Positions 10,139 through 19,358 of a stretch of 41,369 nt of DNA are shown piece after piece. Source of the stretch: Thermoplasmatota archaeon. GTDB taxonomy: Archaea > Thermoplasmatota > Penumbrarchaeia > Penumbrarchaeales > Penumbrarchaeaceae. The stretch is taken from contig CBDDUX010000018.1 of assembly GCA_965234725.1 (NCBI GenBank), positions 1 to 41,369 on the forward strand, written 5' to 3'. Each line of letters opens with the position of its first letter. The first letter of the stretch is position 1. Position numbers and translations under genes: made by a program. Under the pieces are notes generated by a model. It had not been told where the DNA came from and ran no database searches. It saw only the letters and a list, made by a program, of their open reading frames with translations.

Positions 10139-10189
10139 GGGGCGGTTTTTTCCGCCCCGCTCTTAACCTAAAAGATAGAGCGCTTTTTT
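10139..10189 (+). terminator. Tandem hairpins plus T-tract after the small ORF
   Basis: GGGGCGG-TTTTTT-CCGCCCC (10139-10158), then CGCTCT...AGAGCG (10158-10182), then TTTTTT (10184-10189). Confidence 0.65.
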
Positions 10190-10290
10190 CTTGTGACCAT
10201 TTAACACATCTCCTCTCTATGTTTATCATTAATATTATTGTCTATATTTGATCGATCCGACGGATCTGAAGACGTTTTGAGGGTTGAGCT

Positions 10291-10379
10291 AGTAAATTAT
10301 ATATAGTATTGGTTACTACACACTACTGTAAGCAATGCAATACTAAACTCCGACCAATACTGAAGGGCGGACAGTACTG
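10291..10379 (+). promoter_or_regulatory. ABC operon promoter (BRE/TATA-like) with an array of five 17-bp-periodic octamer boxes
   Basis: AGTAAA-TTATATAT at 10291-10304. Boxes: TAGTATTG (10304), CACTACTG (10321), CAATACTA (10338), CAATACTG (10355), CAGTACTG (10372). Confidence 0.7.
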
Positions 10380-10416
10380 CGGGGCTAACAAAACCAAAAA
10401 AGGCAGGTGCAAGTAA

Positions 10417-11094
10417 ATGTCAATGATCGAAATTGAATCCCTCGACAAGGTCTACAGGACCGGAAAGATGGAGTTCGAGGCCCTGAAAAAGGTGGACCTC
10501 AAGATAGAGAAAGGTGAACTGACAGCTATCGTCGGACCTTCAGGATCGGGAAAGTCGACCATACTCAACATGATAACCGGGATCGACAGACCAACAAATG
10601 GAATGGTCAGGATCAATGGTCAAAGGATAGACAACATGAAGGAGGACAAGCTGGCAAAATGGAGAGGGAAGAACATCGGCATCATCTTCCAGTTCTTTCA
10701 GCTCTTTCCCACTTTGACAGCCCTTGAAAATGCTATGCTTCCTATGGATTTCGCTTCCAGGGGATCGCTTAAGGAGAGGGAAAGGATAGCAAAGAGGAAC
10801 CTTGAACTGGTTGGCCTCGGGAATAAGCTCCACAATCTTCCCTCCGAACTTTCCGGAGGTGAGCAGCAGAGGGTTGCGATCGCAAGGGCCCTGGCAAATG
10901 ACCCGGATATCATCATCGGCGATGAACCCACGGGAAACCTTGATTCAAAGACAGAGGTGAGGATGTTCGAACTCCTGGAGAAACTGAACCAGCAGGGGAA
11001 GACTATCATCTATGTCACCCACTCCAAGGATCTCGCAAGGAAGGCCAGAAGGAAGATCACGATCCTCGATGGGAGGGTAGCTGCAGCTGCTTGA
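10417..11094 (+). CDS. ABC transporter ATP-binding protein (LolD/MacB-like)
   Basis: Walker A GPSGSGKST, Q-loop IFQFFQL, signature LSGGEQQR, Walker B IIGDEPTGNLD, H-loop VTH. Confidence 0.95.
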   Translation: MSMIEIESLDKVYRTGKMEFEALKKVDLKIEKGELTAIVGPSGSGKSTILNMITGIDRPTNGMVRINGQRIDNMKEDKLAKWRGKNIGIIFQFFQLFPTLTALENAMLPMDFASRGSLKERERIAKRNLELVGLGNKLHNLPSELSGGEQQRVAIARALANDPDIIIGDEPTGNLDSKTEVRMFELLEKLNQQGKTIIYVTHSKDLARKARRKITILDGRVAAAA

Positions 11095-11106
11095 GGGGGA
11101 TCGAAA

Positions 11107-11247
11107 ATGGTTGTCACACGGTCCAGGGTAGTTTCAACTGTAACTGTTCTCTCTTTCTACACAATACTTGCATTGTTCTCTACGACCGCTTTCATAAACG
11201 AGGTGGCGAGCGGAATGATGCTGGACCAGATAGCCACACTGAGGTGA
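11107..11247 (+). CDS. Small single-TM membrane protein (46 aa), below the ORF-track cutoff
   Basis: Translates MVVTRSRVVSTVTVLSFYTILALFSTTAFINEVASGMMLDQIATLR. A GAGGGGG SD overlaps the upstream stop. Its TGA lies inside the GAGGTGA SD of the permease. Confidence 0.7.
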   Translation: MVVTRSRVVSTVTVLSFYTILALFSTTAFINEVASGMMLDQIATLR

Positions 11248-11252
11248 TAAAG

Positions 11253-13640
11253 GTGTTTTCAGCAATTTCAAGGAAGTCACTGGGCGATCTTAAGAAGAGG
11301 AAGTCCAGGACAATATTCACTATTCTCACAATAGCACTCGGGGTAGCAGCTCTGGGAATGTTCGGTGTCGTTCCCCTTTTCGACAAGGCGATGAACGACG
11401 ACATTCAGGAGACCAACATGTGGAACGTTAGGGCGAACATGCCCAGCACACACCTCGAGGATCCACAGATACGATCGATAGAAAACATCGATAACGTTGA
11501 AAATGCAGAATTCAAGCAGATCTTCTTCACCAAGATCTACATCGGAGAAAGAAGGAACGATGCCCTCTTCGTTGGAATGGAAGACCTCGAAAACATCAAG
11601 GTGGACAAGGTCGAGAAGGAAAAGGGATCGTTCCCCGGGTATATGGAGGTCATGACCGACAGCGGCAATTCCAGATACGACCTCTACAAAGGAGGGATCG
11701 GAGACACGCTGACAGTGATGGATGCGACTGGCAATGATATTGAACTCTCGATAACAGGCCAGGGAAGAACGCTTACATATGATCACGCAAGCTGGGGAAT
11801 AGCCGTCTTTTTCACGGACATAGATACCGTATCCTTACTCTCCAACACAACGGGATACAATTCTGTCTCCCTGGATATGGAGGACACTTCAAAGAGCGCA
11901 TTGGAGCAGACCACGAATGATGTGAGGGACTACCTCGAACAGAATACGGACTTCGTTGCGTTCACGAGCATACCAGAAACTAGAGAGGATGGCAACTGGC
12001 CAGGTGATGAGGAATTCTCGGACATGGCCAGCTTCTTCTACGTACTCACATTCATGACTCTGTTCTGCTCCCTTTTCCTGATCTCCAACACAATGCATAC
12101 GATCATTACCGAGCAGAGGAAGGAAATAGCCCAGATGAAGGCCGTCGGAGCAACCAGGCTGATGATCGTTCGATCCTATCTGACAACCTCGTTCATAATA
12201 GGTGCTGTCGGTTCCATTGTCGGCATCCTACTGGGGATCCTCGTCACCTTTGGGATGGTATGGTTCCTTGCGACCTCGTTCTATGGATTGGTGCCTTCCT
12301 TCGGCATCCATGTTCCTACAATGATCATGTCCTTTATTGTTGGCATACTCATCACAATAGCAGCCACTATGCCGTCTCTTTTGAGTGCGATCAGAATGAA
12401 CACCAAAGAGGGGCTCCAGGATTCGGGAATAAAGGCAAGTTACGGTTCATCCCCCGTTGACAGGATCCTGATGAGGTCAAAATGGCTTCCGAGATCAACC
12501 CAGATGGGATTCAGGAACGTGGCGAGGAAGAAGGGAAGGTCCCTTTCCACAATACTCCAGGTTTCCCTCGCAGTGGCAATGTTTCTCGGAGTGGTCTCGA
12601 TAGGCTACTCCCTCACAACTACCGTAGAACAGGAATTCGACTACTTCCAGTTCGATATACTCACACACGGCCAGACTGACGGAGGCCGGCCATTGACCGA
12701 ATCGATGGAGGCCAGTTTCGAATCGATCGAAGGAGTTGAGGATGCGGAACCATTCATTGAATCCTTTGGGGAACTGGGCGGGGAGGACATCTACCTGGAG
12801 GGGTATTTTCCGGATCCCATTGCATTTGATGTCGAGGGAACAATGGGAAAGGGAAGATGGTTCAACCAGGATGAACAGGATGGTTCGGAGCATGTGATAG
12901 TTCTCGGAAAGGCCATGTCCAAGGTCTCGGGAAAGGGGCTTGGAGATCAAATAACGCTCCAAACCGCAACGGGCCCTCAAAAGTTCGAGATCATAGGGAT
13001 CAACAACGGCCAGATGATGAACGGCAGGATAGGCTACATGCCAATGAAAACCCTCCAGTCCATTCTGAAATGGAACGATACCGTATCCGGTTTCGTCGTG
13101 AAGACCGACTCGAAGAGCCATTCACTTATCGATTCCACCTCGACCGAGATCGAGGACACGCTGATGGCAGACGGCTATGTTGTCACCAATGAGATCTGGT
13201 ATGTGATGAAGGAGAACAACATCAGGTCCAACCAGAACATCGTCAATCTGATGATAGCCGTGGGATCCCTTATAGTGTTCATCACAACCATCGGCCTGAT
13301 GTCCACACTCACGATGAATATCCTCGAGAGGACGAGGGAGATCGGAATGATGAGATGCCTGGGTTCCAGGACTGGACACTTGAGGCGAGTATTCGGTTCC
13401 GAGGGGCTTACAATGGCCATCTTCGGCGGACTGCTTGGAATACCATTCGGATACATCACGGGCCTGTTTCTCAACTGGATAATGCTCGAGATACTGACCC
13501 TCGAGATGGACCTTCTCTTCCCTGTGAAGTTCGTCATGATAGCACTGGCAATGACAGTGGTACTGACCATTATCATAATCCAACCGCCACTGATCAGAGC
13601 AGCCAGATTCAAGCCTGGGGAGGCATTAAGATACCAGTAA
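11253..13640 (+). CDS. ABC transporter permease, FtsX/MacB family (two FtsX repeats)
   Basis: Start revised to GTG 11253, preceded by GAGGTGA; the tracked N-terminal extension from 11091 is implausible. Motifs [26 protein letters not shown] and C-terminal PGEALRY. Confidence 0.92.
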   Translation: MFSAISRKSLGDLKKRKSRTIFTILTIALGVAALGMFGVVPLFDKAMNDDIQETNMWNVRANMPSTHLEDPQIRSIENIDNVENAEFKQIFFTKIYIGERRNDALFVGMEDLENIKVDKVEKEKGSFPGYMEVMTDSGNSRYDLYKGGIGDTLTVMDATGNDIELSITGQGRTLTYDHASWGIAVFFTDIDTVSLLSNTTGYNSVSLDMEDTSKSALEQTTNDVRDYLEQNTDFVAFTSIPETREDGNWPGDEEFSDMASFFYVLTFMTLFCSLFLISNTMHTIITEQRKEIAQMKAVGATRLMIVRSYLTTSFIIGAVGSIVGILLGILVTFGMVWFLATSFYGLVPSFGIHVPTMIMSFIVGILITIAATMPSLLSAIRMNTKEGLQDSGIKASYGSSPVDRILMRSKWLPRSTQMGFRNVARKKGRSLSTILQVSLAVAMFLGVVSIGYSLTTTVEQEFDYFQFDILTHGQTDGGRPLTESMEASFESIEGVEDAEPFIESFGELGGEDIYLEGYFPDPIAFDVEGTMGKGRWFNQDEQDGSEHVIVLGKAMSKVSGKGLGDQITLQTATGPQKFEIIGINNGQMMNGRIGYMPMKTLQSILKWNDTVSGFVVKTDSKSHSLIDSTSTEIEDTLMADGYVVTNEIWYVMKENNIRSNQNIVNLMIAVGSLIVFITTIGLMSTLTMNILERTREIGMMRCLGSRTGHLRRVFGSEGLTMAIFGGLLGIPFGYITGLFLNWIMLEILTLEMDLLFPVKFVMIALAMTVVLTIIIIQPPLIRAARFKPGEALRYQ

Positions 13641-13660
13641 GAAGAGAGGAGGTAGAGAGA

Positions 13661-14371
13661 ATGCGTAATGTAAATAATGAGATAATAATTGCAGACAAAC
13701 TAAGGAAAACATACGATACGGGAACGGTCAAGGTCAATGCCCTCAAAGGTGTGGACCTGAAGATCAGAAAGGGGGAGATGGTCTCTATAATGGGTCCATC
13801 TGGATGCGGAAAGACCACTCTCCTCAATTGCCTTTCGGGACTTGACAATGTCTCCAATGGAGATGTCATCATCGAGGGAATGAACCTATCCAACCTCAAT
13901 GATATTAAGAAGACCAGACACAGAGCGGAGAGAATGGGTTTCATTTTCCAGTTCTATAACCTGTTGCCGGTCCTTACAGCTGTTGAGAACGTTGAGCTTC
14001 CACTCCTAGTATCCGGAGTGAGGCCAAGGATCGCCAGGCAGAAAGCAATGAGAACGCTTGAGCTTGTGGGTTTGAAGGATTGGGCCAAACACATGCCATC
14101 CGAGCTTTCCGGAGGTCAGAGACAGAGAGTAACGATCGCAAGGGCTCTGGTCAATGATCCTGCCATCGTATGGGCCGATGAACCTACCGGTGACCTTGAT
14201 AGAAAGACATCTTCTGAAATCATGGAGCTCATGATGAGATTGAACAGAGAAAAGGGTCAGACCTTCGTAATTGTGACCCATGATCCAACGATTGGCAAAC
14301 TTGCCTCCCGTAGGATCACCATGGTGGACGGAAGGATAGCTTCCGACACAGGGACCGGTAAAGCTTCTTGA
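13661..14371 (+). CDS. ABC transporter ATP-binding protein (LolD/MacB-like), second copy
   Basis: Start revised to ATG 13661, preceded by GGAGGT. Motifs [30 protein letters not shown]. Confidence 0.95.
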   Translation: MRNVNNEIIIADKLRKTYDTGTVKVNALKGVDLKIRKGEMVSIMGPSGCGKTTLLNCLSGLDNVSNGDVIIEGMNLSNLNDIKKTRHRAERMGFIFQFYNLLPVLTAVENVELPLLVSGVRPRIARQKAMRTLELVGLKDWAKHMPSELSGGQRQRVTIARALVNDPAIVWADEPTGDLDRKTSSEIMELMMRLNREKGQTFVIVTHDPTIGKLASRRITMVDGRIASDTGTGKAS

Positions 14372-14382
14372 GGTGGTGAAAA

Positions 14383-17382
14383 ATGCTTAAAGGTCCTCGG
14401 TTAGATCCCACTACTCCGATCCTCGTAGTCCTTCTGATCATTGCTACGATACTCGCTGTGTGGATCTCCGTTCCTCTCTGGGTATTTCTGATCCTCATTG
14501 GAACAGCCTTCCTTACGATCGCGGTTTCTGCGGTCAGGAATCCGGTTCTCTTCAAGATCGGAGCAAGGTCACTGGTGAGGAGACGGGGTATGTCAGTGAT
14601 TGTGATAGCTGGCCTTATGATCGGTACCGTTATCATATCATCCTCACTTGTGATAGGTGACACTATGGACAACATGATAACCAAGGTCCATTACGATATG
14701 TTCTACGAAGTTGACGAGGTCATATATGCCGACGGATTGGAGGAAGAGAAGCTGCTGTTTCCGGAAAGTGCAATCTCTCAGATCATGTCGGAGATATATG
14801 ATCTGGACCATGTGGATGGTGTCACTGCATACCTTGACACATACGTTTTTGTTTTCGATGAGACATCGGGCCAGACTGAACCCGGTATTAAGTTGGTGGG
14901 GTATAACACCACCTCTGTTGAGTTTGGGTCCTTCACATTGAATGGAAAGAACCTGCCAATGGAACTTTCGCCCGGAGAAACATACCTGGATTCCAGGACC
15001 GCGGACATTCTGGATGCTTCAAAGGGTGACATCCTTAATATCCCAACGAGCACCGGTGTTAAGACCCTGAAAGTTTCAGAGATCGTTGACCATGACGGTA
15101 GAGCCTACTGGAATGGAAACTGTTTGTTCATGCCTCTGGAAAACGCAGGGGAGGTCCTTGATCTTCCAGGAATGGTCAATATGATACTCGTTACCAATGA
15201 TGGCGGGGTCAAAGGGGGGGAGGAATTCTGCGGCCAGGTAACTGAAGATATCGATGGTATTCTTGATGGGAACGAGCTGGGCCTGGAGGTCAAGATGGAT
15301 AAACACTCCGAGGTCGAACAGGGAAGGGATAAAATGAAGATGTTCTCCCAGATGTTTCTGGTGTTCGGTTCCTTCTCCATAATCGCCGGTGTGATCCTCA
15401 TTGTCAATATCTTTGTAATGCTGGGTGAGGAGAGGAAGGGAGAGATGGGGATCTCCAGAGCAGTTGGTATGTCAAGAGGGGATCTAAAGAGGTCGTTCGT
15501 TTACGAAGGATCTCTCTATTCGATAGCTTCCGGTCTCGTTGGGTCCATACTTGGGGTTGTTGTGGCATATGTTGTCCTATTCGGAATGAATGCCATCTTC
15601 GGAAAGTGGATGGACGGGACCAGTATATTGGATAGTTTCACATTTGAGGCAACCAGCTTGATCCATGCCTTTACCTTTGGGATGCTCATATCCATGGTCA
15701 CCGTTTCCTTAACGGCATCCAGGATCAACAAGCTGAACATTGTCAGAGCCATAAGGAGCATTCCGGAACCAAGGATCCCAAAGGATTCAAACAGAATGCT
15801 CTTTTTCGGATCATTCCTTATCCTGTTCGGGCTTGCACTCTTCGGATCGGGGCTTGTCCTCTTCAAAGACCTCGGACTGGAGAATTTAGAAGCTGCGGGG
15901 ATCTATACCGGTCTTTCCATTGCGTTGATCGGAGGTGCGCTTTTAGCACGGAGGGTGGTGGGAGAAAGGATCGCATATTCTACCATGTCTCTTTTACTGA
16001 TAGCACTGTGGATGATCCCGGCCAAGATACTCGGATTCGATCAGTATGGTGGCGACATGGAGATGTTCGTCCTTTCCGGTATATTTGCGGTATCCGCAGC
16101 TATCGTCCTGTTCATTCAGAATTCAAATCAGATGATGGCGACCATCACCGGACTATGGTCAATGACAGGGAGACCTACTGCCTCCATGAAAACAGCTTCA
16201 TCCTATCCCATGAAGAACAGGTTCAGGACGGGTATGACGATCTTCATGTTCGCTTTGATAGTGTTCACTATCACGGTTATGTCAATGATCGTTGGTGTGC
16301 TTTCTGCTAACATAGAGAGGATCACCCAGGAGCAGATGGGCGAGGTGGAGATCGTCGGGATATCCTCACCATATTACAGGATAGATGATATCGAGATGCT
16401 GATTTCGGAGGATCCGGTTCTTTCAAGTGATGATTTTGAGAATATCTATTCAATGACATCTGGGAATGTGATCCTTGATAACGGGAAGGCCCTTCCGGAA
16501 GGAGAAGGAAACCAGACTATGCAATGGTCCCTTTTCGGAGTGGATGCCAGTTTCAGGAATTCCGGTTGGACCTTCAAGGATAGAATGGATGCCTACGGTT
16601 CTGATGAGGAGGTCTGGGATGCTATCTCTGAGGATAAGACCCTCGCTGTTGTAGATGCGACCTTCTCTCAATTCGATGATGATTGGGGACCTGAATACAT
16701 GATGTTCCCGCTGAAAGCCGGAGACAGGGTCAAGGTTATCACACCCAATGGAGAGGAAGTAAAGACCATCGCAGCTGTGATGGACCAGGAACTTCTGGAA
16801 GGGATCTTCATATCCCGGGAAGCCGCGGTCGAGCAGTTCAACATGACAGGTTCCAACTTTTTCCTTTTCGATCTATCCCGGGGAGTAGATGACGACTTGA
16901 TCGCAAAGGATCTGGAAAGGGAACTCGGTCTGGAGACGATAGTACTTTCCACTATAGTCAAGCAGATGACAGGCTCGATGGAGCAGATGTTCGATCTATT
17001 CTCGGCTTTCATGGGTCTTGGATTGGTGGTGGGGATCGCAGGACTTGGCATAATCACCCTCAGAGCGGTCCATGAGAGACGGATCGAGATAGGAATGATG
17101 AGGGCCATTGGTTTCCAGAGGCACAGCGTGACATTATCATTCCTTATGGAAGCGGGATTCATAGCATCAGCAGGCATCATACTTGGCTCGATCCTGGGAA
17201 TATTCCTTGGATATACTCTCTGGTATGACGAGTTCAGACCCATAGATTTCGAATTCTTCATCCCATGGTTCAAGATAGTATTCGTTGGGATCGTGTCCTT
17301 ATTTGCAACCCTTGTGTTCACTGTCCCGCCGAGCTTCTCAGCATCAACCGTGACCCCCGCGGATGCCTTGAGATATGACTGA
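14383..17382 (+). CDS. ABC transporter permease, FtsX/MacB family (large)
   Basis: GAGGTGG SD; ERKGEMGISRAVG and ERRIEIGMMRAIG; multiple TM helices; C-terminal PADALRYD. Confidence 0.92.
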   Translation: MLKGPRLDPTTPILVVLLIIATILAVWISVPLWVFLILIGTAFLTIAVSAVRNPVLFKIGARSLVRRRGMSVIVIAGLMIGTVIISSSLVIGDTMDNMITKVHYDMFYEVDEVIYADGLEEEKLLFPESAISQIMSEIYDLDHVDGVTAYLDTYVFVFDETSGQTEPGIKLVGYNTTSVEFGSFTLNGKNLPMELSPGETYLDSRTADILDASKGDILNIPTSTGVKTLKVSEIVDHDGRAYWNGNCLFMPLENAGEVLDLPGMVNMILVTNDGGVKGGEEFCGQVTEDIDGILDGNELGLEVKMDKHSEVEQGRDKMKMFSQMFLVFGSFSIIAGVILIVNIFVMLGEERKGEMGISRAVGMSRGDLKRSFVYEGSLYSIASGLVGSILGVVVAYVVLFGMNAIFGKWMDGTSILDSFTFEATSLIHAFTFGMLISMVTVSLTASRINKLNIVRAIRSIPEPRIPKDSNRMLFFGSFLILFGLALFGSGLVLFKDLGLENLEAAGIYTGLSIALIGGALLARRVVGERIAYSTMSLLLIALWMIPAKILGFDQYGGDMEMFVLSGIFAVSAAIVLFIQNSNQMMATITGLWSMTGRPTASMKTASSYPMKNRFRTGMTIFMFALIVFTITVMSMIVGVLSANIERITQEQMGEVEIVGISSPYYRIDDIEMLISEDPVLSSDDFENIYSMTSGNVILDNGKALPEGEGNQTMQWSLFGVDASFRNSGWTFKDRMDAYGSDEEVWDAISEDKTLAVVDATFSQFDDDWGPEYMMFPLKAGDRVKVITPNGEEVKTIAAVMDQELLEGIFISREAAVEQFNMTGSNFFLFDLSRGVDDDLIAKDLERELGLETIVLSTIVKQMTGSMEQMFDLFSAFMGLGLVVGIAGLGIITLRAVHERRIEIGMMRAIGFQRHSVTLSFLMEAGFIASAGIILGSILGIFLGYTLWYDEFRPIDFEFFIPWFKIVFVGIVSLFATLVFTVPPSFSASTVTPADALRYD

Positions 17383-17477
17383 ACTGAAGTTGAAGGGATA
17401 TCCGTTCCCATAGGAACTAAGGACCCCACAAGCACCTGCCTCCGGGGGGAAATGCACACCCCTTCCCGGAACCAAGC

Positions 17478-17516
17478 CGGGGGTTCTCTTTGAGGACCCC
17501 CGCAATCATATTTTTA
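17478..17516. terminator. GC-rich hairpin between convergent permease and feoA
   Basis: CGGGGGTTCTC-TTT-GAGGACCCCCG (17478-17502), followed by an AT/T-rich tract. Confidence 0.6.
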
Positions 17517-17556
17517 AAATTAACTGATTAAAATGATGGTAAATGATCCAACAAGA

Positions 17557-17799
17557 TCATTCCACTACAATTTTATCCGCCACACCTCTTCCGAGCCCCA
17601 TCCTTGAATCGCCGATCAAAACGATCACTGGCCCTCCGGTGTTCTGTATTACCTTCATTCTTGAGCCAGAACCGATCCCAAGCTCCCTGAGCCTTCTGTG
17701 AACGCCCCTTCCTCCTTCGACCTGGATGACCACTACATCCTCTCCTTCATGGACACGGGAAAGGGTCCTTCTCCTTGCAGGGATCGCTATGGGGTTCAA
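17557..17799 (-). CDS. feoA: Ferrous iron transport protein A (SH3-like FeoA domain)
   Basis: RRLRELGIGSGSRMKV...GPVIVLIGDSRMGLGRGVADKIVVE is the typical FeoA pattern. GAAGGAG SD before the TTG start. Confidence 0.9.
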   Translation of the reverse strand: MNPIAIPARRRTLSRVHEGEDVVVIQVEGGRGVHRRLRELGIGSGSRMKVIQNTGGPVIVLIGDSRMGLGRGVADKIVVE

Positions 17800-17823
17800 G
17801 TCTTTGGCTCCTTCTGAAGTTGT

Positions 17824-17839
17824 TTTAGGCTATCCTAAA
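17824..17839. promoter_or_regulatory. DtxR/MntR/IdeR-type operator upstream of feoA
   Basis: Palindrome TTTAGG-CTAT-CCTAAA, located between a minus-strand TATA (TTTATAT, about 17852-17858) and feoA. Confidence 0.75.
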
Positions 17840-17898
17840 TCTACTAGTATGATATAAATCTTTGTTGGAACAGATATCACAAATTAGAATGAACGATC

Positions 17899-18417
17899 TT
17901 AAATTCCCTTGATCTCCGTTTCGTCATGATCTTCGGACCTGAGCAGGAATCTCTTGACATCAAGACCAATTCCGAAACCTCCGATGGAATACTTACCTCT
18001 CCCTCTGGAAGCCAGGACCCTATGGCAGGGGACTATCAGCAGGAAAGGATTCGAGTTCATGGCATTACCAACGGCCCTTGCCCCCCCTGGTGATCCTGCA
18101 TTCCAGGCAAGCTCTCCATATGATATCACCTCCCCGTAGGTGACCTTCATCAACTCTCTGTAGGTCCTGATCCTGAAAGGAGAAATACCGGTCATATCCA
18201 GAGGGATGTCTCTGGTCCCAGGGTCCCTGCCGTAGAAATAATCGGTTACGAATGTCTTCAAGGCGGCCAATCTGTCATCATCCTCATGACTGTAGGGATC
18301 AGACCATCTGGGACAATCTCCCTCATCCTGAATACCGAAGGAAACAAGCCCTTGCTTTGAGAAAACTGCTTTCATCGGACCAAGAGGTGTTGTTATTGAA
18401 CAGTCATATGGCTTCAA
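17899..18417 (-). CDS. ogt: Methylated-DNA-protein-cysteine S-methyltransferase
   Basis: SYGELA, ARAVGNAM and the active-site PCHRV. Its start overlaps the GGGPS stop (ATGA). Confidence 0.93.
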   Translation of the reverse strand: MKPYDCSITTPLGPMKAVFSKQGLVSFGIQDEGDCPRWSDPYSHEDDDRLAALKTFVTDYFYGRDPGTRDIPLDMTGISPFRIRTYRELMKVTYGEVISYGELAWNAGSPGGARAVGNAMNSNPFLLIVPCHRVLASRGRGKYSIGGFGIGLDVKRFLLRSEDHDETEIKGI

Positions 18418-19172
18418 TGGTTTCTCTCCTTCCAGGCATCCCTCATGGCCTTGAGCATTTGGGAGATTGAAGCGGAGATATTCTCGGACTTTTCCACCAT
18501 GGTCCCTGTCACGAGAATATCTGCACCTGCTCTCACCGCTGATGCGGCCCTTTCCGGGGAGTTGATGCCTCCTCCAACGATCAGAGGTATGTCGATAACG
18601 TCTCTTATGGCAGAGATCATCGGACCCGGTATGGGTGATCCGACACCCGAACCTCCCTCGAGGTAGCAGAGGTCCATACCAAGGAGTTCCACTGCCTTTG
18701 CATAGGACCTTCCTAGATCGAGGTCTTTTCTACCTATAAGGTCCACCTCTCCAATTTCTCCAACAAGCATACCAGGTTCGAATACCAGGTATCCGACCGG
18801 TATGACCTCGATATCCATCTTCGATAGCTTGATCGAGGACCTGACCGCTTCTCCTACCACATATTTCAGGTTCCTGGAGTTGAGTAGTGACATGTAGAAA
18901 ACTGCATCAGTGTTGCAGGAGAGTATGTCTGCTGAAGTTGGGAAAATGACAACAGGCAGATCAGTTGCATCCCTTACCGCACAGAGGGTCTCTTCCTGCT
19001 TTCTAATGTCCACACCCGTTGTCCCTCCGACCAAGATAAGGTCAGACCCACCTTCGCTGGCACCCTTTGCCATTGAACCCGCTATCTCGGGGTCCTGCTT
19101 GTCGGGGTCCAGGAGGGTCACATGAACCGGACCTTTCCTTAAAAGGTCATAGAAGGTTCCCAGTATGGACAT
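18414..19172 (-). CDS. Geranylgeranylglyceryl phosphate synthase (group II GGGPS, ether-lipid synthesis)
   Basis: HVTLLDPDK, ILVGGTTG, MSLLNS, YLEGGSG, IVGGGI, GADILVTGT. TTTAAATA about 25 nt upstream suggests a leaderless mRNA. Confidence 0.92.
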   Translation of the reverse strand: MSILGTFYDLLRKGPVHVTLLDPDKQDPEIAGSMAKGASEGGSDLILVGGTTGVDIRKQEETLCAVRDATDLPVVIFPTSADILSCNTDAVFYMSLLNSRNLKYVVGEAVRSSIKLSKMDIEVIPVGYLVFEPGMLVGEIGEVDLIGRKDLDLGRSYAKAVELLGMDLCYLEGGSGVGSPIPGPMISAIRDVIDIPLIVGGGINSPERAASAVRAGADILVTGTMVEKSENISASISQMLKAMRDAWKERNH

Positions 19173-19296
19173 GGTGACTTGCCAATCGGATGTGATTATT
19201 TAAAGTTTACAGAATGAAAGTGTCTGAAGATTTTTCCCGGCCCCCAGATGATCCGGTTCAGGTCAGTGTTTAATACCTCTGATCCTTTTCCCCCTA

Positions 19297-19357
19297 TCCC
19301 GCGATGATGAAAGAGACTTAACTGAACTGTGATGAATGATGGGCGAGCTGAGCGGGA
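19297..19357 (+). ncRNA. Archaeal box C/D 2'-O-methylation guide sRNA
   Basis: Terminal stem TCCCGC/GCGGGA. Box C ATGATGA (19304-10), guide AAGAGACTTAA, D' CTGA (19322-25), C' GTGATGA (19329-35), guide ATGATGGGCGAG, D CTGA (19348-51). TTTAATA at 19269-75 upstream. Confidence 0.92.
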
Positions 19358-19358
19358 C

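Noticed and set aside
10304-10379. Mini-CRISPR interpretation of the periodic repeats
   Set aside because: 8-bp repeats with 9-bp spacers are far too short, and there are no cas genes.
11091-11252. Cys-rich N-terminal extension of permease 1 in the ORF track
   Set aside because: A strong SD and GTG at 11253, plus an overlapping 46-aa ORF in another frame, explain the region better.
13355-13660. N-terminal extension of the second ATPase
   Set aside because: It overlaps the permease out of frame; the SD supports ATG 13661.
16668-17459. Long antisense ORFs (this 263-aa one, 12495-13121, 22943-23518 and others)
   Set aside because: They are shadows of well-supported genes on the opposite strand and have no motifs of their own.
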